Positions 21,211-29,886 of a stretch of 64,000 bases of DNA are shown one piece after another. Both the position numbers and the translations under genes were made by a program. Within the stretch, counting starts at the first letter, position 1; each line of letters opens with the position of its first letter. Source of the DNA: Calditrichales bacterium. Lineage in GTDB: Bacteria > Calditrichota > Calditrichia > Calditrichales > J004. The notes below the pieces were generated by a model that saw nothing but the letters and a program-made list of their open reading frames with translations, was not told the origin of the DNA and searched no databases. The DNA lies in the NCBI GenBank assembly GCA_965267575.1, contig OZ254086.1:640001-704000 (forward strand). The letters are read 5' to 3'.

Positions 21211-23169
21211 TTAAACACTGTTCCTGATCGCCTCCACCGTCGCCGGGTTTTCAAGGCTGCTGACATCGCCGGTGGGCTGGCCGAGGTAGGCGGCGCGGAT
21301 AAGGCGGCGCATCACCTTGGCGTTGCGGGTTTTGGGCAGGGCGGTAGTAAAACGTATCTCTTTGGGCTTCAGCGCTTTGCCCAGGCCGTCCGTAACGCGA
21401 TCCATTAATGCCTTGCGCAGGTCTTCCGTAATTTCCACGCCTTCCTTCAGCACGCAAAAGCCCACAACGGCGTTGTCCTTTTTAGGGTCGGGGACGGCTA
21501 TGGCAGCGGATTCCACCACGGAGGGATGGGCGTTCAGCAGCGCTTCCACTTCCGCCGGGCCCAGCCTTTTGCCGGCCACTTTGATCGTGTCATCGCTGCG
21601 GCCCAGGATGTACCACAAGCCGTCCTTGTCGATGGCGGCAAAGTCGCCGTGCAGCCATACGTTGTCAAAACGGCTCCAGTAAGTATCGATGTAGCGCTGC
21701 TCGTCTTTCCAGAAACCGCGGGTCATACCAATCCACGGTTGGCGGATCACCAGCTCGCCGACGGCGCCGCGCAAGGGTTTGCCATTCTCATCCACCACAT
21801 CGGCGGCCATACCCGGCACCGGCCCGGAAAAGGCGCAGGGTTTCAGCGGTTTGAAAAAATTGCCGCAAACAATACCGCCGCTGATCTCCGTACCACCGGA
21901 GTAATTCAAAATAGGCTTGCGCTTTTCCAGCACATTCTCAAACAGCCACATCCACGATTCCGGATCCCAGGGGCTGCCGGTGCTGCCCACCATACGCAGG
22001 CTGCCCAGGTCGTGTTTGCGCAAAATGTCGCTGCCCTTGTCCTTCAACGCGCGTATCAGCGTGGGCGAAACACCGAGATGCGTCACCTTGTGTTTTTCGA
22101 TAAGCTGCCACAGGCGGCTGTGGTGCGGGTGATCCGGAGCGCCGTCATAAAACAGCATCGATGCGCCAATCGACAGCGAGCCGAACACTTCCCACGGCCC
22201 CATCATCCAGCCCATATCGGTCATCCAGTACATCACCTCGCCGCGTTTCAGGTCCATGCAGTGGTACATGTCCTGTGCGCCTTTAATCGGAAATCCGCAG
22301 TGGGTGTGGACGGCGCCCTTGGGCTTGCCGGTGGTGCCGCTGGTATAAATAATCATGCAGACATCTTCGGCGGAGGTTTTCTCCGTTTCGGCCCGGTCGC
22401 TTTGTCCGGGCACCAGCTTATTCCAAAAATGGTCACGGTTATTTGTCATCGGGCAATCTTCACGTCCGGCGCGACGCACAACAACCTGGTGTTTCACTGT
22501 GGGACAATCGGCGAGCGCTTCATCTGCAGTTTCCTTCATCGGCACCAGCTTGCCGCGACGAAAGGCACCGTCGGCGGAGAACAACGCTTTGGCCCCGGCA
22601 TCATTCAGCCGCGTGGCAATCGCCGAGGCGCCATAGCCACTGAAAAGGGGCAAAATGATTCCGCCAATTTTAATAATAGCCAAAAAGGCAATGGCGAGCT
22701 CGGGAATCATCGGCATGTACAAGCCCACCGCGTCGCCTTTTTTCAGGCCCAGTTCACGCAGGGCGTTGGCGCAGCGGCATACATCGCGATGCAATTCACG
22801 GTAAGTCCATGTTTTGCTGTTGCCCTCTTCACTTTCGTAGCGCAGGGCCACGGTATCAGCTACCTCGGTTTGCTGCCATTTGTCCAGAAGGTTGTGCACG
22901 ATGTTCATGCGGCCGCCGACACACCACTCAGGCCGCTGAATGCCAATTTTCAGATCGACGATTTTTTTATAGGGCGTGTAAAATTCGATGTCCAGGTCTT
23001 TCAATGCCGCATCCCAGAACCAGGCGATATCATCGGTGCTGCGGCGCATCAGTTCGTCATAATCCTTTACGCCATTATTTTCCATAAAGCGCTGCAGATT
23101 GCTTTCCACTATCCACCGTTTATTGGGTTGCCACACGATTTTTTGTCCAAATGGAAAATTTTGGGGCAT
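21211..23169 (-). CDS. AMP-forming acyl-CoA ligase (acetate/acetoacetate-CoA ligase family)
   Basis: YTSGTTGKPKG, WMTDMGWMMG, GRSDD, LPKTRNAKVMRR; start set at MPQNFP because the longer ORF reads through a repeat array. Confidence 0.9.
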   Translation of the reverse strand: MPQNFPFGQKIVWQPNKRWIVESNLQRFMENNGVKDYDELMRRSTDDIAWFWDAALKDLDIEFYTPYKKIVDLKIGIQRPEWCVGGRMNIVHNLLDKWQQTEVADTVALRYESEEGNSKTWTYRELHRDVCRCANALRELGLKKGDAVGLYMPMIPELAIAFLAIIKIGGIILPLFSGYGASAIATRLNDAGAKALFSADGAFRRGKLVPMKETADEALADCPTVKHQVVVRRAGREDCPMTNNRDHFWNKLVPGQSDRAETEKTSAEDVCMIIYTSGTTGKPKGAVHTHCGFPIKGAQDMYHCMDLKRGEVMYWMTDMGWMMGPWEVFGSLSIGASMLFYDGAPDHPHHSRLWQLIEKHKVTHLGVSPTLIRALKDKGSDILRKHDLGSLRMVGSTGSPWDPESWMWLFENVLEKRKPILNYSGGTEISGGIVCGNFFKPLKPCAFSGPVPGMAADVVDENGKPLRGAVGELVIRQPWIGMTRGFWKDEQRYIDTYWSRFDNVWLHGDFAAIDKDGLWYILGRSDDTIKVAGKRLGPAEVEALLNAHPSVVESAAIAVPDPKKDNAVVGFCVLKEGVEITEDLRKALMDRVTDGLGKALKPKEIRFTTALPKTRNAKVMRRLIRAAYLGQPTGDVSSLENPATVEAIRNSV

Positions 23170-23186
23170 GAGTGATCCTTTGTTTT

Positions 23187-23299
23187 CGGTCTGGAAGTCT
23201 CGAGGTCGGGGAGTCCTGAGGTCGAGTAGTACTGAAGTCTTTTTGTCCGCCAGTCGCCATCTCGGCTTCAAAACCACAAGACTTCATGACCTCATGACT
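23187..23299. repeat. two opposed 8-bp-period arrays (GTC x9, then GAC x5) downstream of four-helix-bundle gene 1
   Basis: GTC (one GTA) at 23189,197,205,213,221,229,237,245,253; GGC/AAC/GAC at 23264,272,280,288,296. Confidence 0.9.
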
Positions 23300-23716
23300 T
23301 TAAACTATTCTTCCGAAATTTTCATAGCTATAATTAGTATCGCTTACAAAATCATTATTTTTTAAATAATTGATCAATCCCAGTATTTTCGTGCTGCATA
23401 ATTCAGCTTTTTCCTTTAGCCGCACAAATTCGTCTTGGCTGATATATTCACAATCCAAAACGATATAAAGAAGACTTCTAAACTCCATAAGGGAACCATC
23501 AGCAATAGTTAAAAACCGTTTAAACTCTTTATCGGAATAACGCCCAAAGCCTTCTCCAATATTGGCCATGACAGATATCGCCGCTCTGCGAACCTGATCG
23601 GATAAAGCAAAATCTGTTTTCAACTTTGTGCTATTGTTAATCGAATAAATATCTTGGACCAACTCTCTTGCGAGTTGCCAGCATTTCAGCTCTTCAAAGT
23701 TTTTAACTGTCGCCAT
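23300..23716 (-). CDS. four helix bundle protein 1 (23S rRNA-IVP / Avd-like family)
   Basis: FEELKCWQ, DQVRRAAISVMANIGEGFGR, KEF..FL.IA.GSL.E; AT-richer than flanking genes. Confidence 0.93.
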   Translation of the reverse strand: MATVKNFEELKCWQLARELVQDIYSINNSTKLKTDFALSDQVRRAAISVMANIGEGFGRYSDKEFKRFLTIADGSLMEFRSLLYIVLDCEYISQDEFVRLKEKAELCSTKILGLINYLKNNDFVSDTNYSYENFGRIV

Positions 23717-23737
23717 TTAAGACCCCCAAATGTAATC

Positions 23738-23784
23738 CTGACTGCAAGACTCCAAGACCTCCGGACTTCAAGACTTCTCGACAG
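23738..23784. repeat. 8-bp-period array (GAC x6) upstream of four-helix-bundle gene 1
   Basis: GAC at 23740,748,756,764,772,780. Confidence 0.9.
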
Positions 23785-23786
23785 TT

Positions 23787-24407
23787 TCACGGCCTATACG
23801 GCTTACGAATCAGCTTAAATCTCTCACCTAATTTCGTGTACTCAGCACCGGCCAGGCGACCGATGGGACGCAGCTTACCAGTATCGATGCGGCCGTTTTC
23901 CAGCAGCTCATCGGCCACATGGAACATGACAATCTCACCGATTACCAGGAAGCCGCCACCGGCCTGGGGCTTACCTATTTCAACGATTTGATACAGCTTG
24001 CACTCAAAATGTATCGGCGACTCTTTGACCAACGGCGCTTTGACGACCTCAGCCTTTACCGGCGTTAAGCCGGATTGCTCAAACTCGTCAATCTCCGGGG
24101 GAAACTCCGTGGCGCAATCGTTCATTGGCTCGGCAATCTCTTCCGTTACGATGTTGACGACGAACTCACCGGTGGCTTCAATATTGCTCAGTGTGTCCTT
24201 ACGTTCACCGTCCGTGCCGCGCCGCGTGGGGCAAAAACAAATCGTCGGCGGATCGGAGGTGATGCCGGTAAAAAAGGAGAAGGGCGCCAGGTTGTATTGC
24301 CCATTTTTGGAAACAGTAGAAACGAAGGCGATCGGTCGCGGCAAAATGCTGCCGATCATCAGTTTATAATTTTCTTTATAGGTTTGTTTTTTGGGATCTA
24401 TTATCAT
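23787..24407 (-). CDS. flavin reductase family protein (DIM6/NTAB-like)
   Basis: PRPIAFVST, NLAPFSFF, KDTLSNI..TGEFVVN, PIGRLAG; start set at MIIDPK. Confidence 0.9.
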   Translation of the reverse strand: MIIDPKKQTYKENYKLMIGSILPRPIAFVSTVSKNGQYNLAPFSFFTGITSDPPTICFCPTRRGTDGERKDTLSNIEATGEFVVNIVTEEIAEPMNDCATEFPPEIDEFEQSGLTPVKAEVVKAPLVKESPIHFECKLYQIVEIGKPQAGGGFLVIGEIVMFHVADELLENGRIDTGKLRPIGRLAGAEYTKLGERFKLIRKPYRP

Positions 24408-24435
24408 TTTGTGCTTACCATTCAGTTCCACAGAA

Positions 24436-25593
24436 TTAGTCTTCGAGCCAGCTGTAGGGGTAATTTCCATCCTCCACTTCTTCGGCGTCTTTGGCAATAT
24501 TTAAGGGCCGGAATGTATCCAGCATCACCGCGTATTCATCGGTTTCCTTCGCGCCGATGGAGCCTTCATATTTTCCTGGATGCGGCCCGTGCGGCAACCC
24601 CGCGGGGTGTATGGTAATCGAGCCTTCGGAAACGCCTTTGCGGCTCATGAAATCGCCTTCCCAGTAGTAGAGCACCTCTTCGCTGTCCACGTTGCTGTGG
24701 GCGTAGGGCGCGGGGATCGATTTCTCGTGGTAGTCAAACAATCGCGGTACAAAGGAGCAAATGACAAAGCCGGGACCGGCAAAGGTTTGATGCACGGGTG
24801 GCGGCTGGTGAATCTTGCCCGTTATGGGCATAAAATCCCGGATGTTAAAAATCCAGGGATAGTAGAAGCCATCCCAGCCAACGACGTCGCAGGGGTTGTG
24901 GGCCAGCACATATTCCTGGATGCCCCGTTGCACACGCACCATGATGCGGAAGTCGCCTTTTTCATCTTTGGCAGCAGCAAAATCCGGCGTGCGGATATCG
25001 CGCTCGCAAAACGGGGCGTGCTCCATCAACTGGCCGAACTTGTTGAAATAACGCTTGGGCGGCGCCACCGGTCCAAAGGATTCGATGATCAGAAAGCGCG
25101 TGTCGCCGGTCTGGTAATGCAGCTTGTACAACGCCCCGCCGGGGATCATGATGTAGTCGCCTTCATGAAATGGCAACTGCCCGAACTGGCTTTCCAGCAT
25201 ACCCTTGCCTTTGTCCACAAAAATCACCTCGTCGGCGTGGGCGTTGCGGTAATAAAAGTCGGCTTCGTCCGCGGGCCGGCAGGTGGACATAATGACATCC
25301 TTGTTGTAGGCCAGAATGCGGCGCCCGCTGACCCAGTTGCCCTTGGGGTCAAATTTGTGCGTCTCCAAATGACGGTGGCGGTGGGTTTCATCGCTGCCGG
25401 GTAATATATGCACCGGGTGCAGCGGTCCCACTTTTTTCACCCGCGTTGGCGGATAAATATGGTACATATTGGAATAGGTGTCGGAAAAGCCCTCACGGCT
25501 CACCAGCTCTTCATAACGCAGATTATTTTTTTCATCGCGATGCTGCGTATGCCGTTTCTGCGGCACATCGCCCAGTTTTTTGTAGTAAGGCAT
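24436..25593 (-). CDS. hmgA: homogentisate 1,2-dioxygenase
   Basis: HQPPPVHQTF, CSFVPR, PYAHSNVDSEEV, HPAGLPHGPHPG. Confidence 0.95.
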   Translation of the reverse strand: MPYYKKLGDVPQKRHTQHRDEKNNLRYEELVSREGFSDTYSNMYHIYPPTRVKKVGPLHPVHILPGSDETHRHRHLETHKFDPKGNWVSGRRILAYNKDVIMSTCRPADEADFYYRNAHADEVIFVDKGKGMLESQFGQLPFHEGDYIMIPGGALYKLHYQTGDTRFLIIESFGPVAPPKRYFNKFGQLMEHAPFCERDIRTPDFAAAKDEKGDFRIMVRVQRGIQEYVLAHNPCDVVGWDGFYYPWIFNIRDFMPITGKIHQPPPVHQTFAGPGFVICSFVPRLFDYHEKSIPAPYAHSNVDSEEVLYYWEGDFMSRKGVSEGSITIHPAGLPHGPHPGKYEGSIGAKETDEYAVMLDTFRPLNIAKDAEEVEDGNYPYSWLED

Positions 25594-25604
25594 GTCCTCT
25601 CCTC

Positions 25605-25640
25605 GTGTTAGGGTACTAGTGTGCTAAAGTGTTAATGTGC
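25605..25640. repeat. 8-bp-period array (GTGYTA) downstream of four-helix-bundle gene 2
   Basis: GTGTTAGG GTACTAGT GTGCTAAA GTGTTAAT GTGC. Confidence 0.9.
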
Positions 25641-25647
25641 GCGGAGA

Positions 25648-26079
25648 TTATTGCAACTCGTTTGCTTCGCTTGCATCATAAAACACTTCAACGTCACTTA
25701 CACCGTCACTTTTACGATTTTTTAAATATTTTAATAGTCCGAGAATACGATTTCGGCAAAGGTCAATTTCATCAGAGAGCGATTCAAAATCGGCATCCGT
25801 TAATATTTTTAAATCTAAAACGATATAGGCCTGGCTTTTTAATTCTGATAATGAACTCTGCGCCATATTGAGGAAGTGAATAAATTCCTTGACGTTGTAG
25901 CGTGCAAAACCCTCCGCGATATTGCTCATAGCGGAAACAGCGGCTCGCCGCATTTGATCCGCCAGTGAATACTTCCTGTCAGTCATTAGTGGTTCAGTGA
26001 TCATGTATATTCGTTTTGTTAAAAACCTACAGCCTTGCCAGGCCTTTAAATCTTCGAAACGCTTAACTATTGCCAACAT
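25648..26079 (-). CDS. four helix bundle protein 2 (23S rRNA-IVP / Avd-like family)
   Basis: FEDLKAWQ, DQMRRAAVSAMSNIAEGFAR, KEFIHFL..A.SSL.E; AGGAGG RBS; AT-rich. Confidence 0.93.
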   Translation of the reverse strand: MLAIVKRFEDLKAWQGCRFLTKRIYMITEPLMTDRKYSLADQMRRAAVSAMSNIAEGFARYNVKEFIHFLNMAQSSLSELKSQAYIVLDLKILTDADFESLSDEIDLCRNRILGLLKYLKNRKSDGVSDVEVFYDASEANELQ

Positions 26080-26091
26080 AGCCTCCTATAT

Positions 26092-26135
26092 GCACACTAA
26101 CACATTAACACTCTAACACTATAACACAATAGCAC
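26092..26135. repeat. 8-bp-period array (TARCAC, reverse complement of the 25605 array) upstream of four-helix-bundle gene 2
   Basis: GCAC ACTAACAC ATTAACAC TCTAACAC TATAACAC AATAGCAC. Confidence 0.92.
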
Positions 26136-26139
26136 TTTC

Positions 26140-27066
26140 TCACCTGCTCACCTTCTGCTCCAGTAGGCCCAGGCCTTCGATTTCAAGTGTGATGGTGTCG
26201 CCGGGTTCAAGCCAGCCGTTAGTGTTTTCGGGGCGCAGCTCCAAAATGCAGCCGCTGCCCACGGTGCCGGAACCGAGAAGGTCTCCGGGGTAAAGGTCCG
26301 CGTCCTGTGAGGCACGGGCAATCATTTCACCAAAAGAATAGTGTATTTCCGACCAGTTGCCGTCGGAGATCAGCTGACCGTTTTTACGGGCGGTCATGCG
26401 TAAATCGTAGCCTTTGTTTTTTTCCTTTCCTTTTAATTCATCGGCAGTCACAAGAAATGGCCCCAGACCCGTGGCAAAATCCTTGCCCTTAGCCGGACCC
26501 AAACCCACGCGCATTTCGCGGCGTTGCAGATCGCGTGCGGACCAGTCATTCAAAACGCAGTAGCCCGCAATATAATTGGCAGATTCTCCAGCTTTAATGT
26601 TGCGACCTCGCTTTCCAATGATACAGCCAATCTCAAGCTCAAAATCCAACTCCGCGGTTGCCTGCGGCTTTTTGATAGTCGCCTTGTGGCCATAAAGCGC
26701 ATGGGGATTTGAAAAATAGAAAACCGGTATCTCGTACCATTCGGGCACTACGTCAAGGTCACGCAAAGCCCGGGCCGTTTTTACATGGCGCTCGAAAGCA
26801 TAGAAGTCGCGAAAATTGGCCGGACGCAGGAGCGGTGGCAGGAAATGAATCTCGCTTTCATTGAGAAGCGCGTCTGCCACAGGCTGCGTTTGCAATTCTT
26901 CAAGTTCCTGAAAACCGGCCGGCCAGTCACGCAAAGCGTCGTCCACACTAAAAGGAACGGCCTGCCGGCCGGCAGCCAGTTTCATCGCATCGTATAGCTG
27001 CCCGCCGATCGCCAATCCAAGACGTACTTCCGCGTAATCGGGCAGCGCATAGTTAAATAACTTCAT
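26140..27066 (-). CDS. fumarylacetoacetate hydrolase family protein
   Basis: RDFYAFERH, LDFELE, NDWSARDLQ, KGKDFA, PGDLLGSGT. Confidence 0.92.
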   Translation of the reverse strand: MKLFNYALPDYAEVRLGLAIGGQLYDAMKLAAGRQAVPFSVDDALRDWPAGFQELEELQTQPVADALLNESEIHFLPPLLRPANFRDFYAFERHVKTARALRDLDVVPEWYEIPVFYFSNPHALYGHKATIKKPQATAELDFELEIGCIIGKRGRNIKAGESANYIAGYCVLNDWSARDLQRREMRVGLGPAKGKDFATGLGPFLVTADELKGKEKNKGYDLRMTARKNGQLISDGNWSEIHYSFGEMIARASQDADLYPGDLLGSGTVGSGCILELRPENTNGWLEPGDTITLEIEGLGLLEQKVSR

Positions 27067-27099
27067 CTGCTGTCCTCATTTATCGGGTAATGGAATTGT

Positions 27100-28191
27100 C
27101 TAGAGGTTCCCGCGGCGTTCCTGCTCGCGCTCGATCGACTCAAACAGGGCCTTGAAATTGCCCTTGCCAAATCCGGACGCGCCTTTGCGCTGGATGATCT
27201 CATAAAACAGAGTCGGGCGATCCTGGATGGGTTTAGTGAATATCTGCAGCAGGTAGCCGAATTGATCCTTGTCCACCAAAATGCCCAGCTTGGCGAGATC
27301 TTCTATGTTCTCGTCGATTTCGGGCACCCGTTCCGGCAGTTCGTCATAGTAGGTCCTGGGAACTTCCAGAAACTCGACGCCATTTTCGGCCAGGCGGCCA
27401 ACGGTGTGAACAATATTGTTGGTGTCAAAAGCGATATGCTGAATACCCGGTCCGCCGTAAAACTCTACAAATTCCTCGATTTGCGATTTGCGAAGACCGG
27501 CGGCAGGACGGTTTATCGGCATCTTCAAACGCTCGTTTTCGTTGGCCACAACAATGGAACGCAGGGCCGAATATTTTGTGGAAATGTCCTTGTCATCGGC
27601 GCTCCAGAAGCGGTGCCAGCCAAACACGTGCTCGTACCACTCTGCCGTTTTCTGCATTTGGTTTTCCGGTTGGTTGCCAACAAAGTGATCCACAAAATTT
27701 AGGCCGACAGGATTAATATTCAGAGGGCTGGTGCGTGGCTCATAGCCGGGCATGAAAGCGCCTTTGTAATTATCACGCTGTACAAAGCTGTGCACCGTAT
27801 CTCCGTACGTTTTGATCGTCGCGATGATCACTTCGCCGTTTTCGTCTTTCAAGCGCTTTGGCTCCTGTACGGACTCAGCACCGCGTTCGGTAACATATTT
27901 CCAGGCGCCTTCCGCGTTATTGGTCCAGAAAGCCACATCGCGTACGCCGTCGCCGTGCTTTACCAGATGCTCGTTCAGCGGGGAATCGTCTTTATAGGGG
28001 GTACTTAAAACAATCCGTACTTTATTTTGCTGAAGCATGTAAGACGCATGATCACGGTTGCCCGTCTCAAGACCGGAATAAGCTTTCAGTTCAAATCCGA
28101 ACTGCTGCATATAGTAAAAAGCGGACTGACGGGCATTGCCCACAATGAGGTGGATATGATCCGTCCCCATAAATTCAAAATCTGCCTTCAT
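27100..28191 (-). CDS. hppD: 4-hydroxyphenylpyruvate dioxygenase
   Basis: DHFVGN, GIQHIA, LLQIFTK, EIIQRKG..GFGKGNFKALFESIE. Confidence 0.97.
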   Translation of the reverse strand: MKADFEFMGTDHIHLIVGNARQSAFYYMQQFGFELKAYSGLETGNRDHASYMLQQNKVRIVLSTPYKDDSPLNEHLVKHGDGVRDVAFWTNNAEGAWKYVTERGAESVQEPKRLKDENGEVIIATIKTYGDTVHSFVQRDNYKGAFMPGYEPRTSPLNINPVGLNFVDHFVGNQPENQMQKTAEWYEHVFGWHRFWSADDKDISTKYSALRSIVVANENERLKMPINRPAAGLRKSQIEEFVEFYGGPGIQHIAFDTNNIVHTVGRLAENGVEFLEVPRTYYDELPERVPEIDENIEDLAKLGILVDKDQFGYLLQIFTKPIQDRPTLFYEIIQRKGASGFGKGNFKALFESIEREQERRGNL

Positions 28192-28482
28192 AGGTCATTC
28201 TCCTTCATTTTTCTTTCGCGCCTAATATACAAAAATGGCCGTTTCAGTCTAATTGCCCCACAGAACGTCCATTGCGGTAATTGCACGGACAGGTTGGGAA
28301 TGCGCAAAACGACACCGAAAGTTTTTGTACCGGCCGGGCTTATTGGCAGAAAAAAATTTCATCCGCCTTGCAGCTTTGCGTTTTGTGCCTCGTGCATTAC
28401 TCTCATCATCCGAAAAACCCGTTGGTAGGGCGGTTTTTCTTTTGTAAATTTCATGCTTGCTATTTAAACGGGTGTTTTAAAT

Positions 28483-29886
28483 ATGAAACGACTAAAACTG
28501 CTTATTTCAATCCTGCTGCCCCTTTTGCTTTTGGCGATACCAACCACCAGTATCCCTATTGACGGGCTTTCCGTGGTGGAACACCGTGTACTTGCCCTGT
28601 TTTTACTGGCTACGCTTTTCTGGGTGCTGGAACCGATCCCGATTTTCGCGACATCTATTCTGATCATTATGCTGGAATTATTGCTGATATCCGACAACAG
28701 TCTGGCTTTTTTGCAAACGGGCGAAAACCTGGGAACCCTGTTGAGCTACAAAGCAATCATGGGTACGCTGGCCTCACCGATCATTCTGCTATTCCTGGGT
28801 GGCTTTAGCCTGGCCATGGCAGCCACAAAATACAATCTTGATATAAACCTGGCGCGCGTTCTGTTAAGGCCCTTTGGCCGGAAACCGCGTTACCTGCTGC
28901 TGGGCCTGATGGCCATTACCGCGCTCTTTTCCATGTTTATGAGCAACACTGCCACCACGGCGATGATGCTGGCCATTCTGGCACCGGTACTGGGCGTCAT
29001 TCAACGCGATGACCCGGGCAGGATTGCCTTCCTTCTTGGGATTCCATTTGCCGCTAACATCGGCGGTATCGGCACACCGATAGGCACGCCGCCCAACGCC
29101 GTGGCCATGAAATACCTGATCGGCGACAGCACCGTTTCTTTTTCGCAATGGATGGCCTTTGCCCTGCCCTACGCGCTGATCATGCTGGCCATTGTCTGGT
29201 TCTTGCTGCTCACCCTCTTTAAGCCAAAAACAGATAAGCTGGAGCTGGTAATCAAAAACCGTTTTATGTGCAGTCCGAAAGCGATCACCGTATACATTAC
29301 TTTTGCCGCCACCGTTTTAATGTGGATTTTAACCGACCTGCACGGCATAAATTCCTACGTGGTGGCCATGGCGCCGTTAACGGTGTTTCTGGTCAGCGGT
29401 GTCATTAACGCAGAGGATATCAAAAAATTTAACTGGGATGTTTTATGGCTTATTGCCGGCGGTATCGCCCTCGGCATGGCGATGGAACAAAGCGGGCTCT
29501 CGGCCAACCTAATAGCCAGCATCCCCTTTGAAACATTCAGCCCTTATGTGATTGTTTTTACGGCCACGCTGCTGGCTGTGCTGATGGCCACGTTCATGTC
29601 CAACACGGCCACGGCCAACCTGCTGCTTCCGCTTATGGCCGCGCTGGGCGCCAACCTGGGTACGCTGAGCACATTGGGCGGCAGCAAAATGCTGATTATC
29701 GCGGTTACAATTTCATGTTCGATTGCCATGAGCCTGCCGGTAAGCACGCCGCCAAACGCTATGGCCTATGCCAGCGGCGGCATTAAAACAAGCCAGATGA
29801 TGAAGGGCGGTGCAATCATTGGCGTGATTGCCCTTATTTTTGTGTATCTTTTAATGTGGATACTGAGAACGGTTAATTTTCTATGA
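28483..29886 (+). CDS. SLC13/DASS family anion transporter
   Basis: Two MSNTA(T) motifs, GTPIGTPPN, PVSTPPNA. Confidence 0.92.
   Translation: MKRLKLLISILLPLLLLAIPTTSIPIDGLSVVEHRVLALFLLATLFWVLEPIPIFATSILIIMLELLLISDNSLAFLQTGENLGTLLSYKAIMGTLASPIILLFLGGFSLAMAATKYNLDINLARVLLRPFGRKPRYLLLGLMAITALFSMFMSNTATTAMMLAILAPVLGVIQRDDPGRIAFLLGIPFAANIGGIGTPIGTPPNAVAMKYLIGDSTVSFSQWMAFALPYALIMLAIVWFLLLTLFKPKTDKLELVIKNRFMCSPKAITVYITFAATVLMWILTDLHGINSYVVAMAPLTVFLVSGVINAEDIKKFNWDVLWLIAGGIALGMAMEQSGLSANLIASIPFETFSPYVIVFTATLLAVLMATFMSNTATANLLLPLMAALGANLGTLSTLGGSKMLIIAVTISCSIAMSLPVSTPPNAMAYASGGIKTSQMMKGGAIIGVIALIFVYLLMWILRTVNFL

Noticed and set aside
21526-23175. 549-aa plus-strand ORF
   Set aside because: Antisense shadow of the acyl-CoA ligase.
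23170-23277. N-terminal extensions of the ligase and of pheA-aroF (45427-45519) in the ORF track
   Set aside because: They only read through the repeat arrays; downstream ATGs have plausible RBSs and match where homology begins.
23300-26079. Diversity-generating retroelement (Avd-like genes)
   Set aside because: No reverse transcriptase and no TR/VR pair differing at adenines is visible in the window.
23187-26135. CRISPR interpretation of the repeat arrays
   Set aside because: Units are 6-8 bp, degenerate and contiguous, with no 23-50 bp repeats, no spacers and no cas genes.
23170-26139. Classical IS element
   Set aside because: No DDE, HUH, serine or tyrosine recombinase motifs, and no clear target-site duplication.
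28340-28400. c-di-GMP-I riboswitch suggested by minus-strand ACGCAAAGC
   Set aside because: The upstream GCAAAC..GAAA tetraloop stem and the second stem are absent.
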